A DNA stretch of 64,000 bases, taken from contig OZ024758.1 of the NCBI GenBank assembly GCA_964016885.1, positions 37,510,001-37,574,000 on the forward strand, in the 5' to 3' direction. Both the position numbers and the translations under genes were made by a program. The stretch's first letter is position 1. The number at the start of each line of letters is the position of its first letter. This DNA is from Eledone cirrhosa. Taxonomy: Eukaryota. This document shows positions 11,661 through 25,700 of the stretch, in pieces. The notes beneath the pieces were generated by a model that ran no database searches, was not told the origin of the DNA, and saw nothing but the letters and a program-made list of their open reading frames with translations.

Positions 11661-14600
11661 TTTAAGTTCATGGTATTAGTTTGTCAGAAGTAACTCCACT
11701 GATGGTGAGAATTCATTTAAGTCATGGTATTAGTTGTCAGAAGTAACTCCAATGTTGGTGAGAATTCATTTAAGTTCATGGTACTAGCTGTCAGAAGTAA
11801 CTCCACTGTTGGTGAGAATTCATTTAAGTCATGGTATTAGCTGTCAGAAGTAACTCCAATGTTGGTGAGAATTCATTTAAGTTCATGGTATTAGCTGTCA
11901 GAAGTCACTCCAATGTTGGTGAGAATTCATTTAAGTTCATGGTATTAGCTGTCAGAAGTAACTCCACTGTTGGTGAGAATTCATTTAAGTTCATGGTATT
12001 AGCTGTCAGAAGTAACTCCACTGTTGGTGAGAATTCATTTAAGTTCATGGTATTAGCTGTCAGAAGTAACTCCACTGTTGGTGAGAATTCATTTAAGTTC
12101 ATGGTATTAGCTGTCAGAAGGAACTCCAATGTTGGTGAGAATTCATTTAAGTTCATGGTACTAGCTGTCCGAAGTAACCACAACGTTGGTGAGAATTCAT
12201 TTAAGTTCATGGTATTAGCTGTCAGAAGTCACTCCAATGTTGGTGAGAATTCATTTAAGTTCATGGTATTAGCTGTCAGAAGTAACTCCACTGTTGGTGA
12301 GAATTCATTTAAGTTCATGGTATTAGCTGTCAGAAGTAACTCCACTGTTGGTGAGAATTCATTTAAGTTCATGGTATTAGCTGTCAGAAGGAACTCCACT
12401 GTTGGTGAGAATTCATTTAAGTTCATGGTACTAGCTGTCAGAAGTAACTCCACTGTTGGTGAGAATTCATTTAAGTTCATGGTATTAGTTTGTCAGAAGT
12501 AACTCCACTGTTGGTGAGAATTCATTTAAGTCATGGTATTAGTTGTCAGAAGTAACTCCAATGTTGGTGAGAATTCATTTAAGCCATGGTACTAGCTGTC
12601 AGAAGTAACTCCAATGTTGGTGAGAATTCATTTAAGTTCATGGTATTAGCTGTCAGAAGGAACTCCACTGTTGGTGAGAATTCATTTAAGTTCATGGTAT
12701 TAGCTGTCAGAAGTAACTCCACTGTTGGTGAGAATTCATTTAAGTTCATGGTACTAGCTGTCAGAAGTAACTCCAATGTTGGTGAGAATTCATTTAAGTT
12801 CATGGTATTAGCTGTCAGAAGTAACTCCACTGTTGGTGAGAGTTCATTTAAGTCATGGTATTAGCTGTCATAAGTAACTCCAATGTTGGTGAGAATTCAT
12901 TTAAGTTCATGGTATTAGCTGTCAGAAGTAACTCCACTGTTGGTGAGAATTCATTTAAGTTCATGGTATTAGCTGTCAGAAGTAACTCCACTGTTGGTGA
13001 GAATTCATTTAAGTTCATGGTACTAGCTGTCAGAAGTAACTCCACTGTTGGTGAGAATTCATTTAAGTTCATGGTATTAGTTTGTCAGAAGTAACTCCAC
13101 TGTTGGTGAGAATTCATTTAAGTTCATGGTATTAGCTGACAGAAGGAACGCCACTGTTGGTGAGAATTCATTTAAGTTCATGGTATTAGCTGTCAGAAGT
13201 AACTCCACTGTTGGTGAGAATTCATTTAAGTTCATGGTACTAGCTGTCAGAAGTAACTCCACTGTTGGTGAGAATTCATTTAAGTTCATGGTATTAGTTT
13301 GTCGGAAGTAACTCCACTGATGGTGAGAATTCATTTAAGTCATGGTATTAGTTGTCAGAAGTAACTCCAATGTTGGTGAGAATTCATTTAAGTTCATGGT
13401 ACTAGCTGTCAGAAGTAACTCCACTGTTGGTGAGAATTCATTTAAGTCATGGTATTAGCTGTCAGAAGTAACTCCAATGTTGGTGAAAATTCATTTAAGT
13501 TCATGGTATTAGCTGTCAGAAGTCACTCCACTGTTGGTGAGAATTCATTTAAGTTCATGGTACTAGCTGTCAGAAGTAACCCCAATGTTGGTGAGAATTC
13601 ATTTAAGTTCATGGTATTAGCTGTCAGAAGTCACTCCAATGTTGGTGAGAATTCATTTAAGTTCATGGTATTAGCTGTCAGAAGTAACTCCACTGTTGGT
13701 GAGAATTCATTTAAGTTCATGGTATTAGCTGTCAGAAGTAACTCCACTGTTGGTGAGAATTCATTTAAGTTCATGGTATTAGCTGTCAGAAGTAACTCCA
13801 CTGTTGGTGAGAATTCATTTAAGTTCATGGTATTAGCTGTCAGAAGGAACTCCAATGTTGGTGAGAATTCATTTAAGTCATGGTACTAGCTGTCAGAAGT
13901 AACTCCACTGTTGGTGAGAATTCATTTAAGTTCATGGTATTAGCTGACAGAAGGAACGCCACTGTTGGTGAGAATTCATTTAAGTTCATGGTATTAGCTG
14001 TCAGAAGTAACTCCACTGTTGGTGAGAATTCATTTAAGTTCATGGTACTAGCTGTCAGAAGTAACTCCAATGTTGGTGAGAATTCATTTAAGTTCATGGT
14101 ATTAGCTGTCAGAAGGAACTCCACTGTTGCTGAGAATTCATTTAAGTTCATGGTATTAGCTGTCAGAAGTAACTCCACTGTTGGTGAGAATTCATTTAAG
14201 TTCATGGTACTAGCTGTCAGAAGTAACTCCACTGTTGGTGAGAATTCATTTAAGTTCATGGTATTAGCTGTCAGAAGTCACTCCAATGTTGGTGAGAATT
14301 CATTTAAGTTCATGGTATTAGCTGTCAGAAGTCACTCCACTGTTGGTGAGAATTCATTTAAGTTCATGGTACTAGCTGTCCGAAGTAACCCCAATGTTGG
14401 TGAGAATTCATTTAAGTTCATGGTATTAGCTGTCAGAAGTCACTCCAATGTTGGTGAGAATTCATTTAAGTTCATGGTATTAGCTGTCAGAAGTAACTCC
14501 ACTGTTGGTGAGAATTCATTTAAGTTCATGGTATTAGCTGTCAGAAGTAACTCCACTGTTGGTGAGAATTCATTTAAGTTCATGGTATTAGCTGTCAGAA

Positions 14601-17270
14601 GGAACTCCACTGTTGGTGAGAATTCATTTAAGTTCATGGTACTAGCTGTCAGAAGTAACTCCACTGTTGGTGAGAATTCATTTAAGTTCATGGTATTAGT
14701 TTGTCAGAAGTAACTCCACTGTTGGTGAGAATTCATTTAAGTTCATGGTATTAGCTGTCAGAAGGAACTCCACTGTTGGTGAGAATTCATTTAAGTTCAT
14801 GGTATTAGCTGTCAGAAGTAACTCCACTGTTGGTGAGAATTCATTTAAGTTCATGGTATTAGCTGTCAGAAGTAACTCCACTGTTGGTGAGAATTCATTT
14901 AAGTTCATGGTACTAGCTGTCAGAAGTAACTCCACTGTTGGTGAGAATTCATTTAAGTTCATGGTATTAGTTTGTCAGAAGTAACTCCACTGATGGTGAG
15001 AATTCATTTAAGTCATGGTATTAGTTATCAGAAGTAACTCCAATGTTGGTGAGAATTCATTTAAGTTCATGGTACTAGCTGTCAGAAGTAACTCCACTGT
15101 TGGTGAGAATTCATTTAAGTCATGGTATTAGCTGTCAGAAGTAACTCCAATGTTGGTGAGAATTCATTTAAGTTCATGGTATTAGCTCTCAGAAGTCACT
15201 CCACTGTTGGTGAGAATTCATTTAAGTTCATGGTACTAGCTGTCAGAAGTAACCCCAATGTTGGTGAGAATTCATTTAAGTTCATGGTATTAGCTGTCAG
15301 AAGTCACTCCAATGTTGGTGAGAATTCATTTAAGTTCATGGTATTAGCTGTCAGAAGTAACTCCACTGTTGGTGAGAATTCATTTAAGTTCATGGTATTA
15401 GCTGTCAGAAGTAACTCCACTGTTGGTGAGAATTCATTTAAGTTCATGGTATTAGCTGTCAGAAGTAACTCCACTGTTGGTGAGAATTCATTTAAGTTCA
15501 TGGTATTAGCTGTCAGAAGGAACTCCAATGTTGGTGAGAATTCATTTAAGTCATGGTACTAGCTGTCAGAAGTAACTCCACTGTTGGTGAGAATTCATTT
15601 AAGTTCATGGTATTAGCTGACAGAAGGAACGCCACTGTTGGTGAGAATTCATTTAAGTTCATGGTATTAGCTGTCAGAAGTAACTCCACTGTTGGTGAGA
15701 ATTCATTTAAGTTCATGGTACTAGCTGTCAGAAGTAACTCCAATGTTGGTGAGAATTCATTTAAGTTCATGGTATTAGCTGTCAGAAGGAACTCCACTGT
15801 TGCTGAGAATTCATTTAAGTTCATGGTATTAGCTGTCAGAAGTAACTCCACTGTTGGTAAGAATTCATTTAAGTTCATGGTACTAGCTGTCAGAAGTAAC
15901 TCCACTGTTGGTGAGAATTCATTTAAGTTCATGGTATTAGCTGTCAGAAGTCACTCCAATGTTGGTGAGAATTCATTTAAGTTCATGGTATTAGCTGTCA
16001 GAAAGAACTCCACTGTTGGTGAGAATTCATTTAAGTCATGGTATTAGTTGTCAGAAGTAACTCCAATGTTGGTGAGAATTCATTTAAGCCATGGTACTAG
16101 CTGTCAGAAGTAACTCCAATGTTGGTGAGAATTCATTTAAGTTCATGGTATTAGCTGTCAGAACGAACTCCACTGTTGGTGAGAATTCATTTAAGTTCAT
16201 GGTATTAGCTGTCAGAAGTAACTCCACTGTTGGTGAGAATTCATTTAAGTTCAGGGTACTAGCTGTCAGAAGTAACTCCAATGTTGGTGAGAATTCATTT
16301 AAGTTCATGGTATTAGCTGTCAGAAGGAACTCAACTGTTGGTGAGAATTCATTTAAGTTCATGGTATTAGCTGTCAGAAGTAACTCCACTGTTGGTGAGA
16401 ATTCATTTAAGTCATGGTACTAGCTGTCAGAAGTAACTCCAATGTTGGTGAGAATTCATTTAAGTTCATGGTATTAGCTGTCAGAAGGAACTCCACTGTT
16501 GGTGAGAATTCATTTAAGTTCATGGTATTAGCTGTCAGAAGTAACTCCACTGTTGGTGAGAATTCATTTAAGCCATGGTACTAGCTGTCAGAAGTAACTC
16601 CAATGTTGGTGAGAATTCATTTAAGTTCATGGTATTAGCTGTCAGAACGAACTCCACTGTTGGTGAGAATTCATTTAAGTTCATGGTATTAGCTGTCAGA
16701 AGTAACTCCACTGTTGGTGAGAATTCATTTAAGTTCATGGTATTAGCTGTCAGAAGTCACTCCAATGTTGGTGAGAATTCATTTAAGTTCATGGTATTAG
16801 CTGTCAGAAGGAACTCCACTGTTGGTGAGAATTCATTTAAGTCATGGTATTAGTTTTCAGAAGTAACTCCAATGTTGGTGAGAATTCATTTAAGCCATGG
16901 TACTAGCTGTCAGAAGTAACTCCAATGTTGGTGAGAATTCATTTAAGTTCATGGTATTAGCTGTCAGAACGAACTCCACTGTTGGTGAGAATTCATTTAA
17001 GTTCATGGTATTAGCTGTCAGAAATAACTCCACTGTTGGTGAGAATTCATTTAAGTTCAGGGTACTAGCTGTCAGAAGTAACTCCAATGTTGGTGAGAAT
17101 TCATTTAAGTTCATGGTATTAGCTGTCAGAAGGAACTCCACTGTTGGTGAGAATTCATTTAAGTTCATGGTATTAGCTGTCAGAAGTAACTCCACTGTTG
17201 GTGAGAATTCATTTAAGTCATGGTACTAGCTGTCAGAAGTAACTCCAATGTTGGTGAGAATTCATTTAAG
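1270..17270 (+). repeat. Block match at offset 10889 bp (about 1270-6380 vs 12160-17270)
   Basis: ORF starts 4664/15553, 5202/16091, 5686/16575 and 6008/16897. Shared rare variants are GGTAAGAA, AGAAAGAAC, CTCAACT, GTTTTCAG and AGAAATAAC. 10889 = 7167 + 3722. Confidence 0.9.
7517..15380 (+). repeat. 4153-bp tandem duplication whose second copy lacks 431 bp (net offset 3722)
   Basis: The offset is 4153 for 7517/11670 and 7678/11831, then 3722 from 8433/12155 onward (8864/12586, 10158/13880, 11400/15122). Both copies carry GTCATAAG (T at 9149 and 12871). Confidence 0.88.
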
Positions 17271-20200
17271 TCATGGTACTAGCTGTCAGAAGTAACTCCA
17301 ATGTTGGTGAGAATTCATTTAAGTTCATGGTATTAGCTGTCAGAAGGAACTCCACTGTTGGTGAGAATTCATTTAAGTTCATGGTATTAGCTGTCAGAAG
17401 TAACTCCACTGTTGGTGAGAATTCATTTAAGTTCATGGTATTAGCTGTCAGAAGTAACTCCACTGTTGGTGAGAATTCATTTAAGTTCATGGTATTAGCT
17501 GTCAGAAGTAACTCCACTGTTGGTGAGAATTCATTTAAGTTCATGTTATTAGCTGTCAGAAGTAACTCCACTGTTGGTGAGAATTCATTTAAGTTCATGG
17601 TATTAGCTGTCAGAAGGAACTCCAATGTTGGTGAGAATTCATTTAAGTCATGGTACTAGCTGTCAGAAGTAACTCCACTGTTGGTGAGAATTCATTTAAG
17701 TTCATGGTATTAGCTGACAGAAGGAACGCCACTGTTGGTGAGAATTCATTTAAGTTCATGGTATTAGCTGTCAGAAGTAACTCCACTGTTGGTGAGAATT
17801 CATTTAAGTTCATGGTACTAGCTGTCAGAAGTAACTCCAATGTTGGTGAGAATTCATTTAAGTTCATGGTATTAGCTGTCAGAAGGAACTCCACTGTTGC
17901 TGAGAATTCATTTAAGTTCATGGTATTAGCTGTCAGAAGTAACTCCACTGTTGGTGAGAATTCATTTAAGTTCATGGTACTAGCTGTCAGAAGTAACTCC
18001 ACTGTTGGTGAGAATTCATTTAAGTTCATGGTATTAGCTGTCAGAAGTCACTCCAATGTTGGTGAGAATTCATTTAAGTTCATGGTATTAGCTGTCAGAA
18101 GTCACTCCACTGTTGGTGAGAATTCATTTAAGTTCATGGTACTAGCTGTCCGAAGTAACCCCAATGTTGGTGAGAATTCATTTAAGTTCATGGTATTAGC
18201 TGTCAGAAGTCACTCCAATGTTGGTGAGAATTCATTTAAGTTCATGGTATTATCTGTCAGAAGTAACTCCACTGTTGGTGAGAATTCATTTAAGTTCATG
18301 GTATTAGCTGTCAGAAGTAACTCCACTGTTGGTGAGAATTCATTTAAGTTCATGGTATTAGCTGTCAGAAGGAACTCCACTGTTGGTGAGAATTCATTTA
18401 AGTTCATGGTACTAGCTGTCAGAAGTAACTCCACTGTTGGTGAGAATTCATTTAAGTTCATGGTATTAGTTTGTCAGAAGTAACTCCACTGTTGGTGAGA
18501 ATTCATTTAAGTTCATGGTATTAGCTGTCAGAAGTAACTCCACTGTTGGTGAGAATTCATTTAAGTTCATGGTATTAGCTGTCAGAAGTAACTCCACTGT
18601 TGGTGAGAATTCATTTAAGTTCATGGTATTAGCTGTCAGAAGGAACTCCAATGTTGGTGAGAATTCATTTAAGTCATGGTACTAGCTGTCAGAAGTAACT
18701 CCACTGTTGGTGAGAATTCATTTAAGTTCATGGTATTAGCTGACAGAAGGAACGCCACTGTTGGTGAGAATTCATTTAAGTTCATGGTACTAGCTGTCAG
18801 AAGTAACTCCACTGTTGGTGAGAATTCATTTAAGTTCATGGTACTAGCTGTCCGAAGTAACCCCAATGTTGGTGAGAATTCATTTAAGTTCATGGTATTA
18901 GCTGTCAGAAGTCACTCCAATGTTGGTGAGAATTCATTTAAATTCATGGTATTAGCTGTCAGAAGTAACTCCACTGTTGGTGAGAATTCATTTAAGTTCA
19001 TGGTATTAGCTGTCAGAAGGAACTCCACTGTTGGTGAGAATTCATTTAAGTTCATGGTATTAGCTGTCAGAAGGAACTCCACTGTTGGTGAGAATTCATT
19101 TAAGTTCATGGTATTAGCTGTCAGAAGTAACTCCACTGTTGGTGAGAATTCATTTAAGTTCATGGTATTAGCTGTCAGAAGTCACTCCAATGTTGGTGAG
19201 AATTCATTTAAGTTCATGGTATTAGCTGTCAGAAGTCACTCCACTGTTGGTGAGAATTCATTTAAGTTCATGGTACTAGCTGTCCGAAGGAACCCCAATG
19301 TTGGTGAGAATTCATTTAAGTTCATGGTATTAGCTGTCAGAAGTCACTCCAATGTTGGTGAGAATTCATTTAAATTCATGGTATTAGCTGTCAGAAGTAA
19401 CTCCACTGTTGGTGAGAATTCATTTAAGTTCATGGTATTAGCTGTCAGAAGGAACTCCACTGTTGGTGAGAATTCATTTAAGTTCATGGTATTAGCTGTC
19501 AGAAGTAACTCCACTGTTGGTGAGAATTCATTTAAGTTCATGGTATTAGCTGTCAGAAGTAACTCCACTGTTGGTGAGAATTCATTTAAGTTCATGGTAT
19601 TAGCTGTCAGAAGTAACTCCACTGTTGGTGAGAATTCATTTAAGTTCATGGTATTAGCTGTCAGAAGTAACTCCACTGTTTGTGAGAATTCATTTAAGTT
19701 CATGGTATTAGCTGTCAGAAGGAACTCCAATGTTGGTGAGAATTCATTTAAGTCATGGTACTAGCTGTCAGAAGTAACTCCACTGTTGGTGAGAATTCAT
19801 TTAAGTTCATGGTATTAGCTGACAGAAGGAACGCCACTGTTGGTGAGAATTCATTTAAGTTCATGGTATTAGCTGTCAGAAGTAACTCCACTGTTGGTGA
19901 GAATTCATTTAAGTTCATGGTACTAGCTGTCAGAAGTAACTCCAATGTTGGTGAGAATTCATTTAAGTTCATGGTATTAGCTGTCAGAAGGAACTCCACT
20001 GTTGCTAGGAATTCATTTAAGTTCATGGTATTAGCTGTCAGAAGTAACTCCACTGTTGGTGAGAATTCATTTAAGTTCATGGTACTAGCTGTCAGAAGTA
20101 ACTCCACTGTTGGTGAGAATTCATTTAAGTTCATGGTATTAGCTGTCAGAAGTCACTCCAATGTTGGTGAGAATTCATTTAAGTTCATGGTATTAGCTGT

Positions 20201-22700
20201 CAGAAGTCACTCCACCGTTGGTGAGAATTCATTTAAGTTCATGGTACTAGCTGTCCGAAGTAACCCCAATGTTGGTGAGAATTCATTTAAGTTCATGGTA
20301 TTAGCTGTCAGAAGTCACTCCAATGTTGGTGAGAATTCATTTAAGTTCATGGTATTAGCTGTCAGAAGTAACTCCACTGTTGGTGAGAATTCATTTAAGT
20401 TCATGGTATTAGCTGTCAGAAGTAACTCGACTGTTGGTGAGAATTCATTTAAGTTCATGGTATTACCTGTCAGAAGGAACTCCACTGTTGGTGAGAATTC
20501 ATTTAAGTTCATGGTACTAGCTGTCAGAAGTAACTCCACTGTTGGTGAGAATTCATTTAAGTTCATGGTATTAGTTTGTCAGAAGTAACTCCACTGTTGG
20601 TGAGAATTCATTTAAGTCATGGTATTAGTTGTCAGAAGTAACTCCAATGTTGGTGAGAATTCATTTAAGCCATGGTACTAGCTGTAAGAAGTAACTCCAA
20701 TGTTGGTGAGAATTCATTTAAGTTTATGGTATTAGCTGTCAGAAGGAACTCCAATGTTGGTGAGAATTCATTTAAGTTCATGGTATTAGCTGTCAGAAGT
20801 AACTCCACTGTTGGTGAGAGTTCATTTAAGTCATGGTATTAGCTGTCAGAAGTAACTCCAATGTTGGTGAGAATTCATTTAAGTTCATGGTATTAGCTGT
20901 CAGAAGTAACTCCACTGTTGGTGAGAATTCATTTAAGTTCATGGTATTAGCTGTCAGAAGTAACTCCACTGTTGGTGAGAATTCATTTAAGTTCATGGTA
21001 CTAGCTGTCAGAAGTAACTCCACTGTTGGTGAGAATTCATTTAAGTTCATGGTATTAGCTGTCAGAAGGAACTCCACTGTTGGTGAGAATTCATTTAAGT
21101 CATGGTATTAGTTGTCAGAAGTAACTCCAATGTTGGTGAGAATTCATTTAAGCCATGGTACTAGCTGTCAGAAGTAACTCCAATGTTGGTGAGAATTCAT
21201 TTAAGTTCATGGTATTAGCTGTCAGAACGAACTCCACTGTTGGTGAGAATTCATTTAAGTTCATGGTATTAGCTGTCAGAAATAACTCCACTGTTGGTGA
21301 GAATTCATTTAAGTTCAGGGTACTAGCTGTCAGAAGTAACTCCAATGTTGGTGAGAATTCATTTAAGTTCATGGTATTAGCTGTCAGAAGGAACTCCACT
21401 GTTGGTGAGAATTCATTTAAGTTCATGGTATTAGCTGTCAGAAGTAACTCCACTGTTGGTGAGAATTCATTTAAGTCATGGTACTAGCTGTCAGAAGTAA
21501 CTCCAATGTTGGTGAGAATTCATTTAAGTCATGGTACTAGCTGTCAGAAGTAACTCCAATGTTGGTGAGAATTCATTTAAGTTCATGGTATTAGCTGTCA
21601 GAAGGAACTCCACTGTTGGTGAGAATTCATTTAAGTTCATGGTATTAGCTGTCAGAAGTAACTCCACTGTTGGTGAGAATTCATTTAAGTTCATGGTATT
21701 AGCTGTCAGAAGTAACTCCACTGTTGGTGAGAATTCATTTAAGTTCATGGTATTAGCTGTCAGAAGTAACTCCACTGTTGGTGAGAATTCATTTAAGTTC
21801 ATGGTATTAGCTGTCAGAAGTAACTCCACTGTTGGTGAGAATTCATTTAAGTTCATGGTATTAGCTGTCAGAAGGAACTCCAATGTTGGTGAGAATTCAT
21901 TTAAGTCATGGTACTAGCTGTCAGAAGTAACTCCACTGTTGGTGAGAATTCATTTAAGTTCATGGTATTAGCTGACAGAAGGAACGCCACTGTTGGTGAG
22001 AATTCATTTAAGTTCATGGTATTAGCTGTCAGAAGTAACTCCACTGTTGGTGAGAATTCATTTAAGTTCATGGTATTAGCTGTCAGAAGTAACTCCACTG
22101 TTGGTGAGAATTCATTTAAGTTCATGGTACTAGCTGTCAGAAGTAACTCCACTGTTGGTGAGAATTCATTTAAGTTCATGGTATTAGCTGTCAGAAGTCA
22201 CTCCAATGTTGGTGAGAATTCATTTAAGTTCATGGTATTAGCTGTCAGAAGTCACTCCACTGTTGGTGAGAATTCATTTAAGTTCATGGTATTAGCTGTC
22301 AGAAGTCACTCCAATGTTGGTGAGAATTCATTTAAGTTCATGGTACTAGCTGTCCGAAGTAACCCCAATGTTGGTGAGAATTCATTTAAGTTCATGGTAT
22401 TAGCTGTCAGAAGTCACTCCAATGTTGGTGAGAATTCATTTAAGTTCATGGTATTATCTGTCAGAAGTAACTCCACTGTTGGTGAGAATTCATTTAAGTT
22501 CATGGTATTAGCTGTCAGAAGTAACTCCACTGTTGGTGAGAATTCATTTAAGTTCATGGTATTAGCTGTCAGAAGGAACTCCACTGTTGGTGAGAATTCA
22601 TTTAAGTTCATGGTACTAGCTGTCAGAAGTAACTCCACTGTTGGTGAGAATTCATTTAAGTTCATGGTATTAGTTTGTCAGAAGTAACTCCACTGTTGGT
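16800..22700 (+). repeat. Block duplication, offset about 4258 bp (about 16800-18500 vs 21060-22700)
   Basis: ORF starts 16897/21155, 17273/21531 and 17650/21908. The TTATCTGTC variant occurs at about 18250 and 22454 (offset 4204, one monomer less). Confidence 0.8.
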
Positions 22701-25700
22701 GAGAATTCATTTAAGTTCATGGTATTAGCTGTCAGAAGGAACTCCACTGTTGGTGAGAATTCATTTAAGTTCATGGTATTAGCTGTCAGAAGTAACTCCA
22801 CTGTTGGTGAGAATTCATTTAAGTTCATGGTATTAGCTGTCAGAAGTAACTCCACTGTTGGTGAGAATTCATTTAAGTTCATTGTACTAGCTGTCAGAAG
22901 TAACTCCACTGTTGGTGAGAATTCATTTAAGTTCATGGTATTAGTTTGTCAGAAGTAACTCCACTGATGGTGAGAATTCATTTAAGTTCATGGTACTAGC
23001 TGTCAGAAGTAACTCCATTGTTGGTGAGAATTCATTTAAGTCATGGTATTAGCTGTCAGAAGTAACTCCAATGTTGGTGAGAATTCATTTAAGTTCATGG
23101 TATTAGCTGTCAGAAGTCACTCCACTGTTGGTGAGAATTCATTTAAGTTCATGGTACTAGCTGTCAGAAGTAACCCCAATGTTGGTGAGAATTCATTTAA
23201 GTTCATGGTATTAGCTGTCAGAAGTCACTCCAATGTTGGTGAGAATTCATTTAAGTTCATGGTATTAGCTGTCAGAAGTAACTCCACTGTTGGTGAGAAT
23301 TCATTTAAGTTCATGGTATTAGCTGTCAGAAGTAACTCCACTGTTGGTGAGAATTCATTTAAGTTCATGGTATTAGCTGTCAGAAGTAACTCCACTGTTG
23401 GTGAGAATTCATTTAAGTTCATGGTATTAGCTGTCAGAAGGAACTCCAATGTTGGTGAGAATTCATTTAAGTCATGGTACTAGCTGTCAGAAGTAACTCC
23501 ACTGTTGGTGAGAATTCATTTAAGTTCATGGTATTAGCTGACAGAAGGAACGCCACTGTTGGTGAGAATTCATTTAAGTTCATGGTATTAGCTGTCAGAA
23601 GTAACTCCACTGTTGGTGAGAATTCATTTAAGTTCATGGTACTAGCTGTCAGAAGTAACTCCAATGTTGGTGAGAATTCATTTAAGTTCATGGTATTAGC
23701 TGTCAGAAGGAACTCCACTGTTGCTGAGAATTCATTTAAGTTCATGGTATTAGCTGTCAGAAGTAACTCCACTGTTGGTGAGAATTCATTTAAGTTCATG
23801 GTACTAGCTGTCAGAAGTAACTCCACTGTTGGTGAGAATTCATTTAAGTTCATGGTATTAGCTGTCAGAAGTCACTCCAATGTTGGTGAGAATTCATTTA
23901 AGTTCATGGTATTAGCTGTCAGAAGTCACTCCACTGTTGGTGAGAATTCATTTAAGTTCATGGTACTAGCTGTCCGAAGTAACCCCAATGTTGGTGAGAA
24001 TTCATTTAAGTTCATGGTATTAGCTGTCAGAAGTCACTCCAATGTTGGTGAGAATTCATTTAAGTTCATGGTATTAGCTGTCAGAAGTAACTCCACTGTT
24101 GGTGAGAATTCATTTAAGTTCATGGTATTAGCTGTCAGAAGTAACTCCACTGTTGGTGAGAATTCATTTAAGTTCATGGTATTAGCTGTCAGAAGGAACT
24201 CCACTGTTGGTGAGAATTCATTTAAGTTCATGGTACTAGCTGTCAGAAGTAACTCCACTGTTGGTGAGAATTCATTTAAGTTCATGGTATTAGTTTGTCA
24301 GAAGTACCTCCACTGTTGGTGAGAATTCATTTAAGTCATGGTATTAGTTGTCAGAAGTAACTCCAATGTTGGTGAGAATTCATTTAAGCCATGGTACTAG
24401 CTGTCAGAAGTAACTCCAATGTTGGTGAGAATTCATTTAAGTTCATGGTATTAGCTGTCAGAAGGAACTCCACTGTTGGTGAGAATTCATTTAAGTTCAT
24501 GGTATTAGCTGTCAGAAGTAACTCCACTGTTGGTGAGAATTCATTTAAGTTCATGGTACTAGCTGTCAGAAGTAACTCCAATGTTGGTGAGAATTCATTT
24601 AAGTTCATGGTATTAGCTGTCAGAAGTAACTCCACTGTTGGTGAGAGTTCATTTAAGTCATGGTATTAGCTGTCAGAAGTAACTCCAATGTTGGTGAGAA
24701 TTCATTTAAGTTCATGGTATTAGCTGTCAGAAGTAACTCCACTGTTGGTGAGAATTCATTTAAGTTCATGGTATTAGCTGTCAGAAGTAACTCCACTGTT
24801 GGTGAGAATTCATTTAAGTTCATGGTTCTAGCTGTCAGAAGTAACTCCACTGTTGGTGAGAATTCATTTAAGTTCATGGTATTAGTTTGTCAGAAGTAAC
24901 TCCACTGTTGGTGAGAATTCATTTAAGTCATGGTATTAGCTGTCAGAAGTAACTCCAATGTTGGTGAGAATTCATTTAAGTTCATGGTATTAGCTGTCAG
25001 AAGGAACTCCACTGTTGGTGAGAATTCATTTAAGTTCATGGTACTAGCTGTCCGAAGTAACCCCAATGTTGGTGAGAATTCATTTAAGTTCATGGTATTA
25101 GCTGTCAGAAGTCACTCCAATGTTGGTGAGAATTCATTTAAGTTCATGGTATTAGCTGTCAGAAGTAACTCCACTGTTGGTGAGAATTCATTTAAGTTCA
25201 TGGTATTAGCTGTCAGAAGTAACTCCACTGTTGGTGAGAATTCATTTAAGTTCATGGTATTAGCTGTCAGAAGGAACTCCACTGTTGGTGAGAATTCATT
25301 TAAGTTCATGGTACTAGCTGTCAGAAGTAACTCCACTGTTGGTGAGAATTCATTTAAGTTCATGGTATTAGTTTGTCAGAAGTAACTCCACTGTTGGTGA
25401 GAATTCATTTAAGTCATGGTATTAGTTGTCAGAAGTAACTCCAATGTTGGTGAGAATTCATTTAAGCCATGGTACTAGCTGTCAGAAGTAACTCCAATGT
25501 TGGTGAGAATTCATTTAAGTTCATGGTATTAGCTGTCAGAAGGAACTCCACTGTTGGTGAGAATTCATTTAAGTTCATGGTATTAGCTGTCAGAAGTAAC
25601 TCCACTGTTGGTGAGAATTCATTTAAGTTCATGGTACTAGCTGTCAGAAGTAACTCCAATGTTGGTGAGAATTCATTTAAGTTCATGGTATTAGCTGTCA

